From an uncultured virus (IMG/VR IMGVR_UViG_3300032282_001987) (Duplodnaviria; Heunggongvirae; Uroviricota; Caudoviricetes), in the IMG/VR virus record IMGVR_UViG_3300032282_001987: DNA of 20,000 nt; one strand, given 5' to 3'. Within the stretch, counting starts at the first letter, position 1. The number at the start of each line of letters is the position of its first letter. The notes below the pieces were generated by a model. It saw only the letters and a list, made by a program, of their open reading frames with translations. It made no database searches and had not been told where the DNA came from. Of the stretch, positions 7,383 through 14,569 are shown one piece after another. Both the position numbers and the translations under genes were made by a program.

Positions 7383-7423
7383 TCCGGCAGTTGAGGGTGG
7401 AAGCCCAAGAATCAGAAACTTCC

Positions 7424-7452
7424 AAGAGAGCACCTTCGGGTGCTTTCTTTTT
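7424..7452 (+). terminator. Rho-independent terminator after tmRNA
   Basis: AAGAGAGCACC-TTCG-GGTGCTTTCTT-TTT with a C(UUCG)G tetraloop and U tract. Confidence 0.9.
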
Positions 7453-7454
7453 GG

Positions 7455-7472
7455 CTGTAATATTATTGTAAC
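7455..7472 (+). promoter_or_regulatory. putative Pho box (PhoB site)
   Basis: CTGTAAT-ATTA-TTGTAAC: two 7-mers on an 11-bp period with an A/T spacer, close to the CTGTCAT-N4-CTGT(C/A)A(C/T) consensus, directly upstream of plcP-agt-pstS. Confidence 0.65.
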
Positions 7473-7552
7473 ACAATAATGCTTAAATAGTAGTAACCGG
7501 ACACAAGATAGAGTGTCGCTGGAGCTCGTAACCAGCACCTATTTGAGTACAC

Positions 7553-8332
7553 ATGGAAAAAGATTACAGATCAATATTTATCAGTGACGTACACCTTGGC
7601 ACTAAAGATTGCAAAGCCGAGCATCTGAATAATTTCCTTAAACATAATACCTGCGAAAGCCTGTATCTAGTAGGCGACATCATAGATGGCTGGAAGATAC
7701 AGCAAAACAAGTGGCGCTGGAAACAGAGCCATACCAATGTGATACGTCGCATATTGGGACATGCCAAGCGCGGCACCCGTGTGGTTTGGGTGGCTGGAAA
7801 TCATGATGAATTCTTGCGTCCTTTATTGCCTTATGGCATTGGTTTTGGCATGGTAGAAGTAGTCAATCAGACTGAACACATTGGCAGGGATGGACGCCAT
7901 TATCTGGTGGTGCATGGGGACATATTCGATGGCATAACCAGGCTGGCACCTTGGCTGAGTTTCTTGGGGGACAAAGCATATGATTTTATCCTGGGTCTTA
8001 ATACTAAAATATCTTGGTTCCGTCATCGCTTGGGTTTTGGCTACTGGAGCCTTAGCCTGTATCTCAAACACCGAGTCAAAAAAGCAGTAGATTTCATATT
8101 CCACTTTGAAAAGAATCTCACCGACTACTGCAAGAAGCGCGGATATGACGGTGTGATCTGTGGCCACATACACAAGGCCGAAATCAAAACAGTAGACGAT
8201 GTGATCTACATGAATGATGGTGATTGGGTAGAAAGCTGCACAGCCCTGGTAGAACATCATGACGGCAGGTGGGAGATAGTGAACTGGACCAGAGAACGCG
8301 ACGATGTGGATACTGATGCTCATAGCAGTTAA
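7553..8332 (+). CDS. plcP: PlcP-like metallophosphoesterase (phospholipase C of P-starvation lipid remodelling; usually annotated UDP-2,3-diacylglucosamine diphosphatase/LpxH2)
   Basis: YRSIFISDVHLG, LYLVGDIIDGW, GNHDEFLR, VVHGDIFD, ICGHIH and YMNDGDWVESCTALVE. It has GNHD rather than the LpxH GNRD and is adjacent to an Agt-like GT4. Confidence 0.8.
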   Translation: MEKDYRSIFISDVHLGTKDCKAEHLNNFLKHNTCESLYLVGDIIDGWKIQQNKWRWKQSHTNVIRRILGHAKRGTRVVWVAGNHDEFLRPLLPYGIGFGMVEVVNQTEHIGRDGRHYLVVHGDIFDGITRLAPWLSFLGDKAYDFILGLNTKISWFRHRLGFGYWSLSLYLKHRVKKAVDFIFHFEKNLTDYCKKRGYDGVICGHIHKAEIKTVDDVIYMNDGDWVESCTALVEHHDGRWEIVNWTRERDDVDTDAHSS

Positions 8333-8477
8333 CATATACCACCCCAATGATATCCCGGCTCGGATATCTCTCACGTTTGATACACAAGAAAACTGTCAAC
8401 GTGCCTTGGATTCCATGACCTACTGGATCAAGTTTTCCAATTTCAAAATAGAGGGATCATGTCAAAAAAAATCTTGA
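8304..8477 (+). CDS. 57-aa small protein with hydrophobic N-terminus and two Cys
   Basis: MWILMLIAVNIYHPNDIPARISLTFDTQENCQRALDSMTYWIKFSNFKIEGSCQKKS*. It bridges the gap between plcP and agt, overlapping both. Confidence 0.6.
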   Translation: MWILMLIAVNIYHPNDIPARISLTFDTQENCQRALDSMTYWIKFSNFKIEGSCQKKS

Positions 8478-9454
8478 TAGTCACGGACAACTTACCGGAG
8501 CAGATAAATGGGGTGGTTACGACTTACAAAAATATTGAGGCATGTGCGGTTCTGGACGACTATAGTGTTGTATATCTTGATCCCGGGCGGTTCCGCTATG
8601 TTGATTGCCCTGGCTACAACGAAGTCAAGATTGCCTTTCCCCGGAAAGTGGGCCAGATACTTGAGGAGATCCGTCCGGATCATATCCATATCGCCACGGA
8701 GGGTCCTATTGGTTTGCGTGTTAGACAATATCTTGACAAACACGGTCATCGCTACAATACTGCTTATCATACTCGCTTTCCAGAAGGACTTAGAAAACTA
8801 TTTGGTATCCCTGAAGCCCTTACTTGGCCTCTAGTGCGCTGGTTCCATAAACATGCAGGCAAGGTGTTGACCACCACTCCAAGCATGGTGCAAGAACTGC
8901 AAGCGCATGGCTTTGATGGTGAAATTATCTCTTGGACTCGAGGGGTGGATCGTGCTATATTCTATCCTGTAGCACGTGAACACCATGAACAACCCATATT
9001 GGTGTGTGTGAGCCGTGTAAGTAAAGAAAAGAATTTGGAGGATTTCTTCCGCATGCAATATCCAGGTGCTCGCAAGATCATGGTGGGCGATGGTCCCATG
9101 CGTGAAGAATATCAACAGCAATATCCTGATGTGGAATTCGTGGGATACAAGACCGGAGCAGAACTGGCACATTATTATCAGCTAGCTGATGTATTTGTGT
9201 TTCCCTCAACCTGGGAGACATTTGGTATAGTGATGATAGAGGCCATGGCATGTGGAACACCAGTAGCAGCTTATCCGGTATGTGGTCCGTTAGATGTTAT
9301 AGATTCTGGTATTACTGGTTATATGGATAATGATCTAGCCACTGCAACACATAGATGTCTAGGACTTAACCGTGAGCAGGTAGTACAGGGCAGTTTGCGT
9401 TGGAGTTGGGGAGAAGCCTGGCGTATATTCCGGGACAATTTAGTTAAAATGTAA
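8459..9454 (+). CDS. agt: GT4 glycosyltransferase, Agt-like (diacylglycerol glycosyltransferase making P-free glycolipids)
   Basis: ILIVTD...QINGVVTT, HIATEGPIG, TAYHTRFPE, RWFH, WTRGVD, RVSKEKN, VGDGP and ADVFVFPSTWETFGIVMIEAMACGTPVAAYPVCGPLDVI. GT4 is certain; the Agt subfamily call comes from motif resemblance plus plcP context. Confidence 0.75.
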   Translation: MSKKILIVTDNLPEQINGVVTTYKNIEACAVLDDYSVVYLDPGRFRYVDCPGYNEVKIAFPRKVGQILEEIRPDHIHIATEGPIGLRVRQYLDKHGHRYNTAYHTRFPEGLRKLFGIPEALTWPLVRWFHKHAGKVLTTTPSMVQELQAHGFDGEIISWTRGVDRAIFYPVAREHHEQPILVCVSRVSKEKNLEDFFRMQYPGARKIMVGDGPMREEYQQQYPDVEFVGYKTGAELAHYYQLADVFVFPSTWETFGIVMIEAMACGTPVAAYPVCGPLDVIDSGITGYMDNDLATATHRCLGLNREQVVQGSLRWSWGEAWRIFRDNLVKM

Positions 9455-9477
9455 ATCATATTAAAAGGAGATTCAAC

Positions 9478-10464
9478 ATGAAAAAATTATTAGCAATCGT
9501 GCTAATGTTCTTAGCAGGTGCAGCACAAGCGCAGACGGTCAATGGAGCAGGCGCGACATTCCCCGCACCTATATACACAAAGTGGGCATCGATGTATGAC
9601 AAAGAGACCGGATCTAAATTGAATTATCAATCCATCGGTTCAGGTGGTGGCATCAGACAGATAGAATCAAAGACAGTAGACTTTGGTGCGACAGATGAAC
9701 CCATGACAGAGAAAGAATTAAAAGACAAGGGCTTGTTTCAATTTCCCGCAGTGATTGGCGGAGTGGTACCAGTAGTCAATATCAAAGGTATCGAAGCAGG
9801 TCAATTAGTATTAGATGGCAAGACATTAGCTGATATATTCGAAGGTAAGATCATCAACTGGTCAGATGATAAGATAAAGAAGTTGAACCCAAAGTTAACT
9901 ATGCCAGACTTACCTATACTGGTAGTAGTACGTGCCGATAGTTCAGGTACGACAGCAGTGTTTACCGACTATCTATCGCAAGTCAGCAAAGACTTCAAAG
10001 AATCGACTGGCGTAGGTAAAGCCATATCATGGAAAGCTAAAGGGGTCACATCAGGTAAGGGTAATGCAGGTGTGTCAGCATTCGTCAAGCAACTGAATGG
10101 TAGCATAGGTTACGTAGAATATGCTTTCGCCAAGCAAGGTAAAATGGCTCATGTAGCATTGAAGAACAGGAAAGACAGAGTGATACAGCCCGATGATCTA
10201 ACATTCGCAGAATCTGCTAAGACGGCTAACTGGTCAGTTCCCGGATATGCAGTCAATCTAAACAACTTAGATGGCTGGCCTATCACAGCGGCTACATTCA
10301 TATTGATCTATGAGAAGGGTGCTACAAACAACAAGGAAGTCATCAAATTCTTTGATTTCGCGTTCAATAAGGGCAACAAAGATGCTGAGGACTTGGATTA
10401 TGTACCCTTGCCCGATAAAGTCAAGACCATGATACGTGCAGATTGGAAGCGTCTGGGCCTGTAA
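9478..10464 (+). CDS. pstS: phosphate ABC transporter periplasmic binding protein PstS
   Basis: Signal peptide, GAGATFPAPIY, NYQSIGSGGGI, VDFGATD, RADSSGTT, GKGNAGV, IGYVEY, WPITAATFIL and LDYVPLP. SD AAGGAG. Confidence 0.95.
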   Translation: MKKLLAIVLMFLAGAAQAQTVNGAGATFPAPIYTKWASMYDKETGSKLNYQSIGSGGGIRQIESKTVDFGATDEPMTEKELKDKGLFQFPAVIGGVVPVVNIKGIEAGQLVLDGKTLADIFEGKIINWSDDKIKKLNPKLTMPDLPILVVVRADSSGTTAVFTDYLSQVSKDFKESTGVGKAISWKAKGVTSGKGNAGVSAFVKQLNGSIGYVEYAFAKQGKMAHVALKNRKDRVIQPDDLTFAESAKTANWSVPGYAVNLNNLDGWPITAATFILIYEKGATNNKEVIKFFDFAFNKGNKDAEDLDYVPLPDKVKTMIRADWKRLGL

Positions 10465-10511
10465 AATACATATATTATGGGCTAATTGCAGCTAGCTAAA
10501 TATTATGTACC

Positions 10512-10520
10512 TGATATAAT
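10512..10520 (+). promoter_or_regulatory. extended -10 promoter (TGnTATAAT) upstream of porin; TAAATA also at 10497-10502
   Basis: TGATATAAT about 27 nt before the porin ATG. Confidence 0.5.
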
Positions 10521-10547
10521 GTTAGGTTTATAAAAAGGAAAAACTAT

Positions 10548-11453
10548 ATGAAGAAAATCGTTCTAGCGGCAGCACTATTAGCAGTATCTATGGGTGCAAG
10601 CGCACAGGTAGCAGTCTCGGGTAAGATCATGGAATTCGTTGATCGTACCAAAACCGGTAGCGTTGCGACATCCAGTCTATATGCCGATCCTACAAGCAAC
10701 ATCGCAGTCACTGCGACTGAGGATCTAGGTGGTGGACTAAAGGCACGTGCAGTAGTTGAGACTCGCATTTTTGCTAGCGACTCAGCCGCAACAAGCAACT
10801 ACACCCGTCTGGGTGATCGTCAGTCTACAGTTGGTATCGCAAGCAAGATGGGTAGTGTCGATCTAGGTCGCAACATCCATAGCGTTTTCGGTACAGTTGC
10901 ATCGACTGATGTGTTCGGTGCGATGTATGGTTCCGTAGCAAGCGATGTACATAATCTACGTAATCTCCGCGTATCTAACGCAACTTTCTTGACATTGAAC
11001 CCAATGCAAAACGTCTCAGTCTCATATGAGAAAGCAAACGCGACTACTGACCTCACACAATCGAGTTCAGTCAGCTATGGCGTCACTGGTTCATTGGCAG
11101 GTGTCACTGGTTCTTACTCACGTTATGAATCAGGCATCGAAAAGACTAACATGTTTGGTCTTGGTATGAAAGTCATGTCAACCCAAGTAGCACTATTGCA
11201 CAGCGAAGATACTGGTACTGCAGGTAAGATCAACGGTACTTCAGTCGGTGTCGCTCAGCCAATCGCAGGTACACCATTCACTGTAAAAGGTAGCTATGGT
11301 ACAAAGACTGGCAACACAAAGGCATATGCTGTCGGTGTAGACTACAATCTAAGCAAGCGTACCCAGCTAGGTGTTGCTTATCGCAACGTCAATGCTACTG
11401 GTACTGCTAACGATGTAGCACAAGTCGGTGTAGGTATCACTCATAGTTTCTAA
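10548..11453 (+). CDS. Gram-negative outer-membrane porin (betaproteobacterial/Neisseria-type)
   Basis: Signal peptide MKKIVLAAALLAVSMGASAQ, TEDLGGGLKA, RQSTVGI...GSVDLGR, GVDYNLSKRT and C-terminal VGVGITHSF (BAM-signature Phe). Confidence 0.9.
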   Translation: MKKIVLAAALLAVSMGASAQVAVSGKIMEFVDRTKTGSVATSSLYADPTSNIAVTATEDLGGGLKARAVVETRIFASDSAATSNYTRLGDRQSTVGIASKMGSVDLGRNIHSVFGTVASTDVFGAMYGSVASDVHNLRNLRVSNATFLTLNPMQNVSVSYEKANATTDLTQSSSVSYGVTGSLAGVTGSYSRYESGIEKTNMFGLGMKVMSTQVALLHSEDTGTAGKINGTSVGVAQPIAGTPFTVKGSYGTKTGNTKAYAVGVDYNLSKRTQLGVAYRNVNATGTANDVAQVGVGITHSF

Positions 11454-11475
11454 TTCTAGTTAGAATGGAAACAGG

Positions 11476-11501
11476 AAAAGGCTACTTCGGTAGCCTTTTT
11501 T
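11476..11501 (+). terminator. Rho-independent terminator after porin
   Basis: AAAAGGCTAC-TTCG-GTAGCCTTTT-TT. Confidence 0.9.
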
Positions 11502-11502
11502 A

Positions 11503-11531
11503 TTGACAGGTATTTCTATAGCATATATACT
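11503..11531 (+). promoter_or_regulatory. sigma70-type promoter
   Basis: TTGACA (11503-11508)-N17-TATACT (11526-11531). Confidence 0.85.
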
Positions 11532-11555
11532 TTTTCAATTTTAACGGAGACACTC

Positions 11556-12083
11556 ATGATCGGACGTAAAGTACCAAATGTAACATTCAAGACCCGTGTG
11601 CGCGATGAGAGCGTAGGAGGATCAAACCCATATCGCTGGCAAGACATGACCACCGATGATTATTTCAAAGGTAAGCGTGTAGTAGTATTCAGTCTGCCAG
11701 GCGCATTCACCCCAACTTGCAGCACATATCAGTTGCCTGGTTTCGAGAAAGGCTTTAGTGATTTCACTGCACATGGTATCGATGATATCTATTGTGTGAG
11801 CGTAAATGATGCATTCGTCATGAACGCCTGGGCAAAGCAGCAAGAATTAGAGAATGTAAAGGTAATCGGTGATGGTTCTGGAACATTCACCCGCCTCATG
11901 GGTATGCTAGTGGATAAAGACAACCTGGGCTTTGGTGCTCGTAGCTGGCGCTATGCCATGGTAGTGAACGATGGTGTTATTGAAGCCTGGTTCGAAGAGC
12001 CTGGTCGTGAAGATAACTGTGGTTCAGATCCTTATGGTGAGACTAGCCCTGAGTCTGTGTTGAACTGGGTACGTCAGCACTAA
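11556..12083 (+). CDS. peroxiredoxin, Prx5/redoxin family
   Basis: FSLPGAFTPTCS (PxxxTxxC), CVSVNDAFVMNAW, DGSGTFT and GFGARSWRYAMVV. Confidence 0.95.
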   Translation: MIGRKVPNVTFKTRVRDESVGGSNPYRWQDMTTDDYFKGKRVVVFSLPGAFTPTCSTYQLPGFEKGFSDFTAHGIDDIYCVSVNDAFVMNAWAKQQELENVKVIGDGSGTFTRLMGMLVDKDNLGFGARSWRYAMVVNDGVIEAWFEEPGREDNCGSDPYGETSPESVLNWVRQH

Positions 12084-12084
12084 G

Positions 12085-12339
12085 ATGGAGATACAGACTG
12101 CACTTGACTGGAATAAGGTCAGCACTGACTTACATAGTCAATTGCGGTCTGTAGGCTACAACCCTGACTTGAAGAAGATGTTCGATAACATCGATAACAT
12201 GGTCAAAGAATTGAGCAAAGCAGAAGTAAGGATACGCCGCAGCGGCAATGCTTTCAGATTGAATGATCAATTAGATCAGATAAACAAGTCCATCAAGCAC
12301 TTAGAGCATTACTTGTTGATGGCTAAATTGATGAGATGA
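12085..12339 (+). CDS. hypothetical helical protein
   Basis: 84-aa ORF packed 1 nt from both neighbours. Confidence 0.7.
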   Translation: MEIQTALDWNKVSTDLHSQLRSVGYNPDLKKMFDNIDNMVKELSKAEVRIRRSGNAFRLNDQLDQINKSIKHLEHYLLMAKLMR

Positions 12340-12340
12340 G

Positions 12341-13087
12341 ATGGATAGGCTGACACTATATTGTAATTGCTTTCCGGAACATGAGAATCGCCACACACAA
12401 TTCGATCAAAAAAATCTAATGTGCGGATCATATAACATCTCCGACGATTATAGAGCCAAGCTAGCATCAAAGGGCTTTTTATTCGATGATACCGGAGACA
12501 ACATATCCCATCTGAATAAATGGTTCGCAGACCTCACTGGTTTGTATTGGGTATGGAAAAACACAGATGACGAGATTCTAGGTATCAACCAATATAGACG
12601 AGCGTGGAACAATGATTCCATAAGAAATCTTGTCTTTAAGAATAACACGATCTATATAACACCTTTGTTCCGCTTCAACAATAGTACGTATGATCAGTTC
12701 GTAGAATCTCATACAGAGATGGGACTCAAGATATTGCGTGAAGCAGCGGAGAGGAAAGTCATCCATATCACACCTGACATGGTAGATGATCTCAAGAGGA
12801 TAGATTTTTTATCTTCTTGCTATATGATGATCACTACACGGGATCTTTTTGACGAAGTGTGCAAATTATTGTTTGATGTCGTATTGGAATTATATCACGG
12901 TACGAAATACGCATTGCCCTTCATACAATATGATAAAGTGTGGAATACCGATCAAACTCGCATGATCGCATTCCTTGCTGAACGCATAATGACGTTGATA
13001 TTGATGCATAAGAAATATTACTTGAAGACCAACCCTGATATAGAGATACTAGATTGGATCAATGGGATCGATGAGACTACTTCTTGA
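12341..13087 (+). CDS. DUF4422-like glycosyltransferase-related protein
   Basis: FDDTGDNISHLNKWFADLTGLYWVWKN...GINQYRR and RMIAFLAERI match the DUF4422 signature as recalled. Confidence 0.75.
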   Translation: MDRLTLYCNCFPEHENRHTQFDQKNLMCGSYNISDDYRAKLASKGFLFDDTGDNISHLNKWFADLTGLYWVWKNTDDEILGINQYRRAWNNDSIRNLVFKNNTIYITPLFRFNNSTYDQFVESHTEMGLKILREAAERKVIHITPDMVDDLKRIDFLSSCYMMITTRDLFDEVCKLLFDVVLELYHGTKYALPFIQYDKVWNTDQTRMIAFLAERIMTLILMHKKYYLKTNPDIEILDWINGIDETTS

Positions 13088-14435
13088 TATCGACTACTAA
13101 GTTGAATCCTTCATCTTTTATCTGCATATCAAAGCCGTGTTCTTTTGCTAGAGCCTCGAACACTTTCACGGTGAATCCTGTCTTATGACGCATGAAATCA
13201 TTTTGATTCTTGTGCGCTAACCATCTACCACCATATAGTATATCTATAGCAGCGACCGGTCCTCCGGGACTATCGTACATTGTAGATAATAGATCGCCCC
13301 TAGCTATATTCTCACCGGTCACTTGTACGTTTGGTACTACTGCCCTGATGTATCCATCTTGTTTACAGATACGTAACAATTCATTTATCACGACAGGTAC
13401 TTTGAAATAATCGATATGTTCTAGCATATGCGAAGTATAGACATTATCTACATAGCCGTCTGGTATATGACTGATCTCGGTAACATCAGCTAGTATGTCT
13501 GGATTGTATTTACCATCGATATCTAAACTTATCTCACGCATACCTTCAAACACTTCAGTGTATAGTTCGTCCTTCAATTTCACGCCACCCGAACCCACGT
13601 TCAATACGGTCTTATCAGTAGTAGGCTGCAATGGTTCTGGTCTAGCATACTTGTCCCACCACTTGCGCCAATCGATCTGATCATCCATCTCGGTGTCATA
13701 TTGCATATGCAACGCTAGGCTAGGGATAGGAACGAACAGATAGTATCCACGGGTCCTGAACAATTGATTGATGCTGTTATCTTCCATCTTGGCATGCACT
13801 CTGCTCTTGCCCATAGCCTCGAACAAGTCCCATTCTTTAGTCAACACTTGATGATGCACCATGAAACAACTAGCAGTCATGGGTAATGTCCTCCAGTGCC
13901 TACCTTGATTGCGTATGATGTGACTCTGCACCGCAGTGTTCTCTGGTATATACTTATATGGATCATCATATGGATAGATGCACGTGAAGTTACCTAGATT
14001 GTTGCTGGTCATATACATGGTCATGATCATATCATAGATGCATTTGGTATCATATAGATAATCATCTTGGGCAAAGTACACGATATCTCTACCATGATCG
14101 CGTCCATGCTCATAGCAACGCAATATGCTAGGCATGATGCCATGCGTCTCTAAGTGTATGAGCTGGGTCTTGAAGGTGGCGATGTTGAGATTTTTCTTTA
14201 GTTCATCGATAGTCTCATCATCACTATGATCATCGAATACTACCAGTTCGAATTCAGCCTCTTTCAATAACTCCTTAGCATAGTTCATGGTATCCACTAG
14301 GCTGCGGCTGCATCTGCGTGTCACTTCGGATTTGGGTGCTTTCACGAACCTCTCCTGTGTGACAATGTTGAGGTAACGCTGGCTGTCCCCTCTGCTATGG
14401 GTCTGTAGTACTACTAGGACGTGTGGTTTATACAT
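13077..14435 (-). CDS. GT-A-like glycosyltransferase fused to class I SAM methyltransferase
   Basis: N-terminal VVFDDHSD, IVYFAQDDYLY and PIPSLALH; C-terminal VLNVGSGG, SLDID, DILADV, YTSHMLEH and HKTGF. The start is moved to Met27 (14435) because the longer frame runs across + strand promoters. Confidence 0.8.
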   Translation of the reverse strand: MYKPHVLVVLQTHSRGDSQRYLNIVTQERFVKAPKSEVTRRCSRSLVDTMNYAKELLKEAEFELVVFDDHSDDETIDELKKNLNIATFKTQLIHLETHGIMPSILRCYEHGRDHGRDIVYFAQDDYLYDTKCIYDMIMTMYMTSNNLGNFTCIYPYDDPYKYIPENTAVQSHIIRNQGRHWRTLPMTASCFMVHHQVLTKEWDLFEAMGKSRVHAKMEDNSINQLFRTRGYYLFVPIPSLALHMQYDTEMDDQIDWRKWWDKYARPEPLQPTTDKTVLNVGSGGVKLKDELYTEVFEGMREISLDIDGKYNPDILADVTEISHIPDGYVDNVYTSHMLEHIDYFKVPVVINELLRICKQDGYIRAVVPNVQVTGENIARGDLLSTMYDSPGGPVAAIDILYGGRWLAHKNQNDFMRHKTGFTVKVFEALAKEHGFDMQIKDEGFNLVVDIKK

Positions 14436-14460
14436 ATGCTTACTTAGCGGAAAATAGTGG

Positions 14461-14489
14461 TTGACAATAAATTCCGATTGTGCTATACT
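14461..14489 (+). promoter_or_regulatory. sigma70-type early promoter
   Basis: TTGACAATAAAT... with TTGACA-N17-TATACT and TG at the extended -10 position. Confidence 0.85.
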
Positions 14490-14534
14490 GTGGGCTACTG
14501 AGAAATCAGTCATTTAGCTAGCGGAAACCGCAGG

Positions 14535-14563
14535 TTGACAATAAATCACTTTGGGTATATAAT
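14535..14563 (+). promoter_or_regulatory. sigma70-type early promoter (likely leaderless transcript for the 14570 ORF)
   Basis: TTGACA-N17-TATAAT, perfect consensus, with the ATG starting 7 nt after the -10. Confidence 0.9.
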
Positions 14564-14569
14564 AGCTGC

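Larger units (their letters stand above)
7005..7423 (+). ncRNA. ssrA: circularly permuted (two-piece) tmRNA: acceptor piece ~7005-7071, intervening segment 7072-7264, coding piece 7265-~7423
   Basis: T-arm GCGGG-TTCGACT-CCCGC (7044-7060) and CAGGTCC-A-CCA (7061-7071) lie upstream of the 5' strand GGGCCTG (7265-7271). These pair 7/7 with the G3.U70 alanine determinant. D-loop-like GGTTTCGAC follows. P2 pairings: CAGGGGT/ACTTCTG and ACGGCAA/TTGTTGT. The tag frame is ANDELYTLAA*. Outer ends are approximate. Confidence 0.93.

Noticed and set aside
7553..8332. Lipid A biosynthesis LpxH
   Set aside because: The GNHD motif, the NDGDWVESCTALVE tail and the agt/pstS/Pho-box context fit PlcP better. 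This is not formally excluded without a phylogeny.
14436..14513. N-terminal 26 codons of the 478-aa minus-strand ORF
   Set aside because: This stretch overlaps a + strand consensus promoter and hairpin; Met27 at 14435 is the more plausible start.
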